DNA of 64,000 nucleotides from contig OX597831.1 in NCBI GenBank assembly GCA_951406725.2, forward strand, positions 45,508,001 through 45,572,000, given 5' to 3'. The notes below the pieces were generated by a model. The model was not told the DNA's origin, searched no databases, and saw nothing but the letters and a program-made list of their open reading frames with translations. Of this stretch, positions 39,202 to 52,008 are shown piece after piece. Position numbers and translations under genes: made by a program. Each line of letters starts with the position of its first letter. Positions within the stretch are counted from its first letter, which is position 1. The stretch is from Octopus vulgaris (taxonomy: Eukaryota).

Positions 39202-40330
39202 GAGTGAATGGATGAGTGACGGATATTTGTACGTACATATCTGTTTCTATATACGCGCGTGTAAGCATGCATCCATATTTGATACATTTAGATACAAAAT
39301 ACCGCATTTCGCCCCCACCATCTGTTTTCTCAGTAGTATAATTAGTAATTTAATGGCTATTAATAATCCGTTGTAGAAATTATAAAGTTTACATAGATTC
39401 AAGAAAGTCCGAATATACCCACACTATCCCCGAACCAATTTTGCTGTACAGATCCGGCTTACGGTTAAAGCTTTGTGTCTTATTTTGCTTTTTAAGCCCG
39501 TGATGAAGGCTCGGGTGTCATAACTACGAATGACTATTTACCAGAGAAAATGGGAGCTATGATGAATGTCATAAGCGTCATAACAGACCCTGTCTCAGCC
39601 CTTAAGGTAAATAAGAATGATTCATGATCAAGTGGTGTATTTTATTGCAGTGTACGAAGAAGAGGGTTACCACTTCACCTTTGTGTTGTCGGCCGTTGTT
39701 TGTCGTCGATGTTGGCCAACTCCTACAGTATCTGTCAATGCTCTCTCTGTTGCATCCCAAAGCTCTGACAAGTAGTCACAGTGTGTCGAATTTATACTGA
39801 TTTATAGACTCAGAAGAGAGCGCGCCAAAATATGAAATCGTCGCTGGAGCTTACTCCACACGGAGTCGTGATTGGTCAGATTTTTTTGATCACGTGGGTA
39901 ATATGCTAGTGAAGCGCGACATTGGGTGATTGCTGAATATTCCCGTTACAGCTGTATTAAATTATATACTGTCTATCTAGTCATCCATTTTCCTCGCCCA
40001 ATACTTCTGTAAGGGCCTTGGTATAAGAGTCCTCAGACATCCCCATTGGGTTCCAACAGAAGAACCGACATTACATCTTCCTGCTGGATTCCCAACCCTC
40101 ACCAATTGAGACTATGGATATTATTCAACAATCTCCCTTAGATCTCTTGTCGGTTGGTTCGGCTTGATGAATTTACCTTGCGATCTTTGCCTGCAACATT
40201 CTAACCACAAGTCCGTAGTAACGGAGCTGTGACTTCCGAATTCAGAGAGAAGTATTGTTTACTTTTAAACATTTCCAACATAATGAAAACTACTCTAACC
40301 GCTCCAATCCAATAAGAGTTTGTGTATGTA

Positions 40331-40904
40331 TTGGGTTGTCCGGAAAGTTCGTGCCGATTTTTAAAGGAAAGAGAAAGATCAATAAATACTTGCCATTACC
40401 CAAGATTTACCAGATGCTCATGAACGACGGATTTTGATAGGTTGAGGCCTTCTGCCAATTCTCAGATTGTGCAATGTGGGTTATTCTCAATTAATGACTT
40501 GATTTGGTCATCACCTGTAGTGGACGGTCTGCCTGATCGCTCTTTATCAATAAGGCTACAATCTCCAGCTCGGAACCTTGCGAACCACTTCCGTACAGTT
40601 CTTTCGGATAAAGAAACATCACCGTAAACTGCGCATATTTCTTTGGTTGCTTGTGAGGCATTTTTCCCTTTACGGAAAAAGAAAAGCATAAAGTGCCGAA
40701 AATGAACTTTCTTACCTTCCATTTTAAAGGGTTACAAAATTAACACAGGTTGTAGGAACATAAACGTTCTTCTACGAAAAGATAGCTTAAACTGTGCTCT
40801 AAATGGAGGTGTACTCAAATCCTATTTTATGGATTCAACCATGTTCTAAAATAAGTCGAAAGGTAAGCCAATATAAATCGGCACGAACTTTCCGGACAAC
40901 CCAC
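40331..40904 (-). mobile_element. Internally deleted mariner retaining the N-terminal HTH
   Basis: TIRs TTGGGTTGTCCGGAAAGTTCGTGCCGATTT at both ends with TA flanks. ORF 40462..40722 reads MEGKKVHFRH...ERTVRKWFARFRAGD...RSGRP. Confidence 0.92.
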
Positions 40905-42321
40905 TATGTATGTATGTATGTATGTATGTATGTATGTATGTATGTATGTATGTATGTATGCAGAATCGTTAGCACGCTGGATAAGGATTCCGATTTCACA
41001 CTCTGACTGCCGCCGAGGTTGGCTTTGACTTTCATCCTTTTGGGGTTGATAAAATCAGTGTAAATGACTAGACCTCTCCCCCAAAATTTAAGGCTATGTT
41101 CCTATAGTAGAACGGATTATTACTTACGCAATTAACATTACAAATTGCATGTTCTCTTTTGACATAATGTACATTTTTATTTACTTTTGGTCAAACGTTG
41201 AAAATGTGATTACATGTTGTAGGGAATTAGTAATAACGGTACATCCCTCTCACGTTTTCCCCCGTTACTTAGCCCGTCTGTAACGCTTTCACATGATTAC
41301 TTGAAGGGAAGGGCTAAGAGCGAAAGAAAAAGAAGAGAGAAATAGAGAGTAAGGCGAAAAGTGAGAGAGAAAGAAGGAGAGTGCTGTGTATTAAGTCTAT
41401 AAAATTGTGCGTAAAGTATATAAAGTGCATTAAGTAATCATCGTATCCTAATTTCCTTCACATTTCAATGATTAGCAGATGGTCGTCTCTCTTTTTATAC
41501 AGACACAACACAGGCTACACTTTCAGGTTTTTTGAATAAAGTTTTGACAAATTATCCAGTAAGTTTACCATTAATTCCGTGATATATTCATGAGCCCCAC
41601 TAGTATAAGTAAAAGTAATCTGATTCGTTTAAACGCTTTATTTGCAAGGAAAATCACCAAGTTAAGTTATTTAATGATTTGATTATTATTTGCTGAACTT
41701 AAAGTGTGTCGGGTGTCAAAAGCATTCTGAGTTCTAAAGCAACGTGATACAGCTGGTTGTTCATAAAAGTTGAAAGCAATTTGGTACGGCAGCCATAATG
41801 TATTTAGTGGAAAATACCTGAAAATGCAGAGAGCGTCGTATATAGTACTTTTCTATTACATTAATCCAGCAACACACACACACACACTTGTTTTTACTGT
41901 TTTGTTCCCATTGTTCTGTTTTTTTTACTATTTTTACTTTTTTATTGTTTTTTACTGTTTTGTTCTCACTGTCCTGTTCTTGTTACCACTTTCACCCTCC
42001 GCAAAAAATCCCAAATTTTATTTAATTTGCTTTGCGGGAAGGACTGTTTCAATGAAGTCGCGTCTTGTCCTTATCTTCGAACGCGGAGTAGACGAAACAG
42101 AGACAACTGAAGAAGGGGAATATTCTTTATGTTGTGTGTCTCGGTTCTCTGTTTGTTGTTTTCGTTGTTCGAAAAAATGTTCGTTTCTATGTTTTTGTTT
42201 TTATGTTTCGTTTCTCATTCTGTTCAACGTATTTTTCTTTTATGTCCTGTACCCATATATGCATGTATATATACATATATGTGTAGGTATGTACATATAT
42301 GTATGTATATATGCATATGAT

Positions 42322-42352
<31 letters not shown>

Positions 42353-42607
42353 ATAATTCTTGTATTCTTTTTCTTGTTTCAGTCATCAGACTGCGTCCAC
42401 GCCATAATACTACGTTAAAGGGCTTTCTAGTCAAAGAAATTGACCCCAGAACTTATTCTTTGTAAGACTATTACTTACACTATCAAGCTCTTTTGCCGAA
42501 CCGCTAAGTTTCGGAAATGTAAACACACTAGCATCAGTTGTCAAGCGATGGTGGGGGGGAGCAAAAATAGACACAAAAGCACGCACATAAATGCACGCAC
42601 GCGCGCT

Positions 42608-42701
<94 letters not shown>

Positions 42702-43478
42702 TGTATGTATGTATACGATGGGCTACTTTAGTTTTCGTTATCGAAATCCATTCACAAGGCTTTGGTCAGCCTGAGGCTACAGTAGGAGACATGTAGTGGA
42801 ACTGAATCCGGAGCCATGTGGTTGAGAAGCAAGCTTCTTACCACACAGGTAGGCCTAATGTTATAATAAAAACCACAAGTCTTGTGAAATACAGTCACCC
42901 AGCGTTTCTTGGTAGAAAACATTAATTTATTTCGCCATTTTTTAAGCTGAGAACAAGACCATTCGTCAATTGCTTGTTTAAGCAGATGACATTCAAACGC
43001 TCTCCACATTTCTTTTTTCACGTTTGTAAAATATTCTTTGAATATTTTTTGTGCGACATCTATTTCTCTCTCTCTTTCTTTGCCTCACTTTTGCCTTCCT
43101 CCCAATCTCTTTCTCTATCATTCCCTACCTAATACCTTACTTATTTCTTCTTTCTGACTTTCTCTCTGTCCTTCTCTAGTCTCCAGTCCTACAGGACGTT
43201 TTTGTTTTCCTTTGCGTTATCCCATGTCAGTCCGTCTTGCGGCTTTTTTTTTCTGTTGTATATGTATGTTTATTTTGTCGCGTTTGTTTTCGTCATTGTC
43301 CTGTACAGTCGTTAACTGTTCCCAGTGGCTCTTCGCCACTGGCGCCACCAAAAGTGAACAATGTCAACGTTAAAGACGCAAGATTGTAATGATCTTTTGG
43401 GCATTGACTGATGAAGAATAAGCTACGAAATTTGTTTGTGATGTTTTTGTAATATTTCCGTTTGTTGTGTTTTTGTTA

Positions 43479-43533
<55 letters not shown>

Positions 43534-43576
43534 TACATACATACATATGCAGGCGACGCCTGCGTGGTTCGGCTGC

Positions 43577-43619
43577 TCTACATTGATAAGGGGCAATTAC
43601 CCTGAAACTAGTCTGTAGA
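43577..43619 (+). ncRNA. Degenerate type I hammerhead motif
   Basis: tctaca-TTGATAA-gggg caatta ccct-GAAA-ctag-TC-tgtaga. Stem I is a perfect 6 bp, stem III is palindromic and the triplet is GUC. There are two core substitutions relative to CUGAUGA. Confidence 0.6.
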
Positions 43620-43786
43620 TGCCAGACTAACAAGGGGAAGCGACTGACCTCCCTTGTTCGAAGGCTATAATGGACACAGGTTAGCGTATCACATAGCTAG
43701 AAAGAGGCGATGGCCTCTTGGAGCTAATCAACGGCAGCATTCGTCCTAATTTTTTGGGACTGCCATGTTAGCTTGGCGATAACTGT

Positions 43787-43863
<77 letters not shown>

Positions 43864-43959
43864 CGCAGGCACGACAATGTGCTAAGAAATTTGTTTCCCT
43901 ACTACATTGTTCTGGCTTCAGTCCCACTGCGTGGCACCTTGGGCCTATACTCGAACGTT

Positions 43960-44325
43960 TTCTGGAAAAGTCACTAGTGTAAGCTACAGTGAAATGCTGG
44001 CCATCAAACTGAAACCAGCAATTCGCACCAAATGCTGAGATCTATTGGCAATCAAATGTTATTGTTGCACGGCAAATTTTCAAATTGCTGGTACTCCCTG
44101 CATAGAATCCAGATCTTAACCCCCTTCCGACTTGGACCGATCTTTCCCCCCTCCCTCTTTGGACCGCTCAGATATCCTTTACGATGTCGTAGATTGGCTA
44201 CGGACGAAGAAGCACAGGAAGCAATGCATAAATGACAACGCGACCAACCAAAACTTTTCTTCTCCAGTGGAATAAGCAAGCTTGAAGAAATGCATTGAAG
44301 AGCAAGGAGACTATGTCGAAAGATG
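43960..44325 (+). pseudogene. Decayed mariner transposase C-terminal fragment (different subfamily)
   Basis: KLKPAIRTK...LLLHG...LFGPLR...TDEEAQEAMHK*...FFSSGISKL...CIEEQGDYVE. Confidence 0.7.
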
Positions 44326-44654
44326 ATGTTAATAGTCCAAACCGGTCCTTTGTTTTACTACTCTCGTTTGTATGTATATATATAAAAGATCATATGTGTG
44401 TGTGTGTGAGTGTGTGCGTGTATACCGTATATCGTATTTTTACTTACTATCGTATGCCTATAGGAGCAGGAGTGTCTGTGTGGTAAGTAGCTTGCTTACC
44501 AACCACATGGTTCTGGATTCAGTCCCACTGCGTGGCACCTTGGGCAAGTGTCTTCTACTATACCCTCGGTCGACCAAAGCCTTGTGAGTGGATTTGAAAT
44601 TGAAAGAATCCCGTCATATATATGTATATATATGTATGTGTATGTGTGTGTGCG

Positions 44655-44687
<33 letters not shown>

Positions 44688-44833
44688 TTGTGTGTTTGTG
44701 TGTTTGTGTGTCTGTGTCTGTACTCCCAACATCGCTTGACAACCGATGCTGGTGTGTTAACGTCCCCGTAACTTAGCGGTTCGGGAAAAGAGACCGATAG
44801 AATAAGTACTAGGCTTACAAAGAATAAATCCCG

Positions 44834-45347
44834 TGATAGGGCACAGAAAGTGTGTCTATAGTCAGCTGGAGGAGGTGTCCTCCTGGGGCTACAAACTACA
44901 GTAGCATCCACCCATAGGGGTTAGCCATATTCAAATGGCAAATATACGTCACGATGTGTTGCTGCTACTGTTTATAACTCGCTCTGAGATTTATCATTGT
45001 TTGATTTCACTTTTTCAATATCAGTGTCAATCGATACTATAAAAAGTATATGTATTTGTGAAGGGAACCTACTTCTCATCGACAACTATGATTGTCACAC
45101 GCCGATGACGGGTCAATACTCTGAAACTCGAGTCTGTGTGTATCATAAGTTGAAGACGGGAAGGATGGCTTCCCTTTGCAAATACTGATAGGGTACAGAA
45201 AGTGTGTCTATAGCCAGCTGGAGGAAGTGTCCTCCTGGGGCTACAAACTACAGTAGCATCCACCCTTAGGGGTTAGCCATATTCAAATGGCAAATATACG
45301 TCACGATGTGTTGCTGCTACTGTTTATAACTCGCTCTGAGATTTATC

Positions 45348-45350
<3 letters not shown>
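44834..45350 (+). mobile_element. Retrozyme-like partial tandem: 165-bp direct repeats, 352-nt period, central hammerhead
   Basis: 44834-44998 and 45186-45350 are near-identical direct repeats. The element ends in (TA)n and has an HHR at 45096-45140. Confidence 0.75.
45096..45140 (+). ncRNA. Type I hammerhead ribozyme motif
   Basis: cacacg-CCGATGA-c gggt caat actc t-GAAA-CTCGAG-TC-tgtgtg. Stem I is 6 bp, stem III is palindromic and the GUC triplet predicts a cut after 45134. Confidence 0.7.
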
Positions 45351-45392
<42 letters not shown>

Positions 45393-46135
45393 TCTCTTTT
45401 ACTCTTTTACTTGTTACGGTCATTTGACTGTGGCCATGCTGGAGCACCGCCTTTAGTCGAGCAAATCGATCCCAGGACTTATTCTTTGTAGTACTTATTC
45501 TATCCACTCGCAAGGCTTTGGTCGGCCCGAGGCTATAGTAGAAGACACTTGCCCAAGATGTCGCGCAGTGGGAGTGAAGCTACTTACCACACAGCCATAA
45601 AATTTCGTTCGATGTTCCAGAGGGAAAATACCTTGATTACGAGAAGACTGTCTGAGAAAACAACATGTAAACAATGTTATTATAATACATACTTAGTTCC
45701 GAACTCAAAATTTAAATTAACCAATGAGAGTGATTAATGTCTGCTAAAGCTCCGGTTCAGATCATTTCACTGTGAAGTCGTTTTGGCAATTCCCGGTGTG
45801 TTAAGATTTCCGTCTAAACTCTTGATTGTAAGTGCGATTTTCCTGCTCTGCAACATTTTCTTCCTCTTTTACTTTCTCCCCCCTCCCCCCCTCTCTCTCT
45901 GTGCCTTGTTGTCTCTTTTGCATCAGCGAAGCGTTCATATGTAAACATCGTTTGAATTGAAAGTGCAAAGATTGTAGACAACGAATACAAACACATCTTC
46001 CGATATAAACATCCTACATACCTTCTTACATTCAATATGATGCGCTGCAGATAACAGAAGCAAAATTTCGACGTTGCTAATTGGAAAATTAATCGTCACT
46101 TGTATGTAACACAATGTCCGTTAGTCGACGACGTG

Positions 46136-46184
<49 letters not shown>

Positions 46185-46186
<2 letters not shown>

Positions 46187-46667
46187 TAAACAGTAAAAAT
46201 AATTACAGACATGGACAAGAACATGAAACACCACAGAGACGACACAAGAACCACAGGACGGGACATTCGAAGCCCTCAATCATCAGTCAAGAACCAGATC
46301 ATCTTAGCAATTTCGGCTGATTAATCTTGAGATTGCTCCGATATGGGCAGCCCGCCAAGGGAAATCTAAGCCAAGCGCATTAGATCCCCTGGAAGAAAGC
46401 TTCGAATGTATACAACACGAGGACGGAAAACGAACGAAGTACACAAACAAAAATACAGAATACGTGACACCAATAAGAATACAAAAACGTAAAAACAATA
46501 ACGGTAAAAATAAAAAATAAACAACAAAACAAAACCAGGACGTAGGACAAGGGTCTTTCGACAGGACGAGTTGAGTATGGGGCTGGCTCATGAAGTTGTG
46601 CCTAATGGCCGCAGGGAGACGAACAAATACGTGTTGCTTCGGCGGCTGCTGGAACGAAAAGAGCGCT

Positions 46668-46670
<3 letters not shown>
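46185..46670 (-). mobile_element. (TA)n-flanked element, probable PLE 3' end; relatives at about 43200-43480, 48960-49130 and 52020-52350
   Basis: Shares GGAGCAATCTC...CAGCCGAAATTGC...GACTGANGA...CCCGTC blocks with the other copies. (TA)n on both sides. Confidence 0.55.
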
Positions 46671-46729
<59 letters not shown>

Positions 46730-46801
46730 GCATCAGTGGTGCAACGGTTAGCATGGTTGCTTTCCAAACAGTCGATCTGGGTTCGACTCCCGGCCGATGC
46801 A
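46730..46801 (+). tRNA. tRNA-Gly(TCC)-like, probably a pseudogene
   Basis: GCATCAGTGGTGCAACGGTTAGCATGGTTGCTTTCCAAACAGTCGATCTGGGTTCGACTCCCGGCCGATGCA is 72 nt and aligns with metazoan tRNA-Gly-TCC. There are mismatches in the acceptor and anticodon stems and no immediate oligo-T terminator. Confidence 0.75.
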
Positions 46802-46817
46802 TCCCTTGTGATCTTTA

Positions 46818-47287
46818 TAGGCACAGGAGTGGCTTTGTGGCAAGTAGCTTGCTTACTAACAACATGGTTCCGGGTTCAGTCTCACTGCGTGGCACCTTGG
46901 GTAAGTGTCTTCTTCTATACCCTCTGTCGACCAAAGCCTTGTGAGTGGATTTCGTAGACGGAAACTGAAAGAAGCCCGTCGTATATATATATATATATAT
47001 ATGTGTGTGTGCGCGCATGCACGTGTGCGCGCATGCACGTGTGCGTGCATGCACGTGTGCGTGCACGTGTGTGTGCATTTGTGTGTCTGTGTCTGTACCC
47101 CCAACATCGCTTGACAACCGACCCTGGTGTGTTTACGTTCCCGTAACTTAGCGGTTCGGCAAAAGAGAGCGATAGAATAAGTACCAGGTTTACAAATAAT
47201 AAGTCCTGGTGTCCATTTGCTCGACTAAAGACGGTGCTCTAGCATGGGCACAATCAAATGACTGAAACAAGTAAAAGAATAAAAGAA
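46818..47287 (+). mobile_element. SINE family A, full length
   Basis: Complete pattern, starting about 16 bp after the tRNA-like copy. Confidence 0.85.
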
Positions 47288-47420
47288 TATATACACACAC
47301 ACACACACACACACATATTATTTAGTGGACATAACAGAGTGACTCAAGGTCCGTGAGTTTCGTGCGTTGGGACTTATCAAACTAAACATAGGTCGAAAGC
47401 AGGTAGGTTTATGTAGTTGT

Positions 47421-47462
<42 letters not shown>

Positions 47463-47760
47463 AAGAGTATATGTAGTTATGTATGTGTGTTTAACCCCGA
47501 AAGACTCTGAAACAGTGCATCCTCGAGAAAAACGAATTTGATTTTCGAAATCTGTGCTCCAAAGGTTGTTCATAAAACATAATCAAATAATATAATTTGT
47601 TATGAGAAATAACTCAACTTTTAGTTCGACATGCCTCCCACTCTCTAACTGTCACCATTATGCTCTGCCTCTTTTACGCCCTCTCTGTATGTATTTAGTA
47701 CATTCTTTATCACTCTCTTTGAACAAGTATGATCTCTCACGCATACTGCTCCTCACTCTC

Positions 47761-47804
<44 letters not shown>

Positions 47805-49127
47805 TCTCTCTCTCTCTCTCTCTCTCGCTCACTCTCTCTCTCTTCAACTGACATGTAATAGCTTTCATTTTGCTTGAAACTTCGTCTTCTAATGTTTACT
47901 TTTATTCTTTGATACGCACCTATCATGCACAATCCTGTAATCTGATTGAGTAAACATAATCAAACTTTAAGCCTCTGTAAAATTTTTCTGTACCTTTTCT
48001 GGAATGAATGAATCACAACATCGGATTCAGCGTGAAAATGTACACCAATACACCAAATTTGAAAATTTTATTTCAATTCTAAAATTTCAAACAGCTAAAA
48101 GTCACATACCTTTTCGCCTGAAAATTATTTTGACATTATAAACAGAAAAAAATTGCAAACTCGGATTATCTATATTTTAAAATTATGATTAAAAAATTTG
48201 AAAAAACAAAAGCCGAAACTAAAGCATTTATGAAGGAGGGGTTACTGAAAAAAATTCTTTAAAATTTCAATATTGCTTTTAAATTGTGTTTCATTTTGTG
48301 TTTGAAAATATAGAAAGTGGAGATTGTAACGATGATCACCGGTTTCCAAATGTTGTTTTTTTTAACCAAAAATACCTCTTCCGTTGTTCATAAGTGCGTA
48401 GGGGAAAGATTGGACAAAATCATTACGGAAGAGGTTAAAGAGGTGGGAGGAGTCACAACTTTTCAAAAATATTTTTCATATAAAGCTTTCCACTACAAGG
48501 GTGTGGTAAAAAAAACAAACTTGAAAAATCCCCGTCAAAACGGAAAAAATCCAACATACGTGGAAGTGTTATTCCGAAAGTTCGCCAGTATATGTATGTG
48601 TGTGTGTGTGTGTATGTGTGTGTGTGTGTGTATACATATGTATATTCTTTTATTTGTTTCAGTCATCTGACTGCTGCGATGCTGGATCACCACCTTTAAT
48701 CGAAGAAATCGACCCCTGCACTTATTCTTTGTAAGCCTAGTACTTATTCTATCGGGCTCTTTTGCCGAACCGCTAATTTACGAGAACTTAAACACACCAA
48801 CATTGGCTATCAAGCGATGGTGGGGGAACAAACTCAAACACACGGTATAGTAGAAAACACTTGCCCAAGGTGCCACACAATGCGCCTGAACCCCGCACCA
48901 AGTGGATGGGAAGCAAGCTTCTTACCACACAGCCACGCCTGTGTCCATAACATATATATATCAAGTGTAACTGCCCGAAACGGTCGTGACTTCTGGTACT
49001 CGACTGAGGAAAGAAGGCTACGAATGACCCGTCTTTTTTGCCTGTCCTTCTAATTGTTGTTTCGCTTGTACGCCTTTGTGTCGACTATCAGTCCGAATGT
49101 TTTATTGTCCTCTATTGCCTTTTTGTT

Positions 49128-49224
<97 letters not shown>

Positions 49225-49511
49225 TGTGTGTGTGTATGTATGTATGCATGATACAGGCTTGGTGATGAGAAAATACAAACAGGAGAAATAGAATTGAGTA
49301 AACAAAGAAGAATGTGTAATATATAATGCTATATATAAGTGACTCAAGAGGTGAAAGTTTCGTACAGATCACTTATCATATCTAATAAGCACTACGCACT
49401 TGTGAAATTCGAGTCACCCGAGTCGATTTACAGTAAATATATGTGTGCACAAGTACATATACATACATACATACATACATACATACATACATACATACAT
49501 ACATACATACA

Positions 49512-49542
<31 letters not shown>

Positions 49543-49548
49543 GACTAA

Positions 49549-49838
49549 GAATTCATGCTGATACCAACAATAATTGGAGCACTAGATTTTGTCAATAAAT
49601 GCTTGAAGGAAAATCTAGATAAACTAGGATTTTCAGGAAGAGAAATTGACCGGCTGATTCGTACATTACAAGTGCAATCTGTGAGTAGAACAGTAAAAAT
49701 ATGCAAGGTTTTTCTCAAGTTATAAATGTGAATTTGTCCATGGTAACTACATCTCAAAGATGGAGCCTTGTATCTTTGTTGGAAACCGGCTCCATCCTCA
49801 GTGGAATATTTATAATAATTAGAAAATAGAAGAAGCAT
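49549..49838 (+). mobile_element. 3' end of an RLE-type (R4/NeSL-like) non-LTR element
   Basis: Manual translation of 49549-49725 gives EFMLIPTIIGALDFVNKCLKENLDKLGF...LQVQSVSRTVKICKVFLKL*, followed by a 3' UTR. It lies between (TACA)n and (TA)n. Confidence 0.65.
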
Positions 49839-49845
49839 GCATATA

Positions 49846-49913
<68 letters not shown>

Positions 49914-50068
49914 GGCATGGATGTGTGGTAAGAAGCTTACTTTCCCAACTACATAGTTCCGGGTTCAGTCCCACTGCGTGGAACCTTGAACAAGTGTCTT
50001 CTACTATAGCTTCGGGACGACCAAAGCTTTGTGAGTGGATTTGGCAGACAGAATCTGAAAGAAACTCG

Positions 50069-50119
<51 letters not shown>

Positions 50120-50140
50120 CACGACAGGTTTCTTTTCTAT

Positions 50141-50194
<54 letters not shown>

Positions 50195-50369
50195 CTTATG
50201 TGTGTGTGTCTTTGTGTCAATGTTTGTCCTCCCTCCCATAGAATAAGTACTAGACTCAGGAAATAGGTCCCGAGGTCGATTTCTTCGACTAAAACCGTTC
50301 AAGGTGGTGCTTCAGCACGGCTGCAGTCAAATAACTGAAACAAGTAAAAGAATAAAAGAATTAAAGAAT

Positions 50370-50423
<54 letters not shown>

Positions 50424-50971
50424 AAAGCATAGTTTGTTTGCGTGTAGACCGCTATTTTCTCTAAATAAAATAGGTAATATATTAAGTTTTTCGTGTATTT
50501 TCAACTAATCTGACTACCGTCATGTTCACTGTGGATATTTCTTTTTCCGAAAACGAGTTTTGTGGTGGAGCATAAATTACCTTTACAATTTGAAGTTCGG
50601 AAAGAAGTTGTAAAGATAATTTGTGGACACGTCTGTTACGATGGGAAAAGAAAGTTCAAACAACAAACGTAATGGGAGTGATTGACAGTTAAAGACGTTA
50701 AATGCAGGCAAATTTAGTTTATCAGTTTCATACAAATATGAAATTAAATAATAAACTCATTTGTTTTCGAAATATTATTTCCTTTTCCAAGAATAACATA
50801 TTTTTCAGATTTCATCGATCTACCAAATGTATACAAATATGCGCGCACACATACACATTTACACACTCATACAAGCGTACACCTGATCATCTCGTCCAGC
50901 ACAACCAATCCATCTGTTTGGCAAGTGCTTAGGGAAAAGTCTCATGACACTGAGATGCCAAGTGCTGTTCT

Positions 50972-51054
50972 GCAACGTTTCAGCTGGTATACCCTCCAAC
51001 CTTCATCAGGTATCTTGGGGAACTTTCTCATTCCTAAGGTATTTTCGATGTTAC

Positions 51055-51114
<60 letters not shown>

Positions 51115-51219
51115 TATTATTATTCAGGTCACTATGCCATGTGCCCACGGGCATATGGCACAGTGGTTAAGAGCTCGGGCTATTAACCCCAAAATTCCGA
51201 GTTCGATTCCAGGCAGTGG

Positions 51220-51297
<78 letters not shown>

Positions 51298-51535
51298 GAA
51301 GAAGAAGAAGAGAAGAAGAAGAAGAAGAAGAAGAAGAAGAAGAAGAAGAAGAAGAAGAAGAAGAACATCGAAAAATATCTTAGGAATGAGAAATTTCCCC
51401 AAGACACCTGATGAAGGCTATAGGGTATATGAGCCGAAACGTTGTGTTAGTAACAAAGAAGAAGAGGACAAATATCCGTCAAATGTAAATAATGTAAATA
51501 ATGTACATAATTCCTCATCTTTTAAATGTAGAACT
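50972..51535. mobile_element. Fold-back element: tRNA-like head, (AAT)n and hammerhead-containing 3' end
   Basis: The plus copy starts at 51149 with A box TGGCACAGTGG and B box GAGTTCGATTCC. The HHR at 51403-51448 reads gacac-CTGATGA-a-GGCT...AGCC-GAAA-cg-TT-gtgtt. An inverted, internally deleted copy occupies 50972-51146. Confidence 0.75.
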
Positions 51536-51734
51536 ATATTTAATATATTTGATGTGTCTAATTTGCTTGACCCAGTAATTGCTTCAGTATCTGCTCAGCC
51601 TCATCCCTCTTTTAGCTTGTGGAATGATCTCTTGTAAAGACATCGGAGTCTAAATTTGAATATTTTGAACAATACTGTCTTTTATACAGAGAATACCTAG
51701 ATTTCATCTGTGAACTATATATATATATATATAT

Positions 51735-52008
51735 GTACTTGCATAGCGAGTGACTTGATCTGAGATCGTGTGCTGGAACGAAAACAATTGCAGCGTGGAA
51801 GCCATTTAAGAAACACACAAAACCGTTAGATTCACTTCAACATTTTAATTTAATTTGTCAGATGCAGCACGAAGTTTTGTCAGTGAACAGGTCGCGGTCT
51901 CAAAGCGAAGAAAATATTTTGACAAATTAAATTTAAATGTTGAAGTGAATCTAACGGTTTTGTGTGTTTCTTGAATGGCTTATAAACACCTTCCACGCTG
52001 CAATTGTT
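51735..52008. mobile_element. Short fold-back element in (TA)n with a degenerate hammerhead-like spacer
   Basis: Arms 51783-51860 and 51920-52008, with a one-sided tail at 51735-51782 related to about 33279-33312. 51876-51926 reads tttgtca-gtgaaca-g gtcgc..gcga a-GAAA-atat-TT-tgacaaa. Confidence 0.6.

Noticed and set aside
47340-47385. Minus-strand TTGATAA...GAAACTCAC hammerhead-like string
   Set aside because: The core and stems are too degenerate to count.
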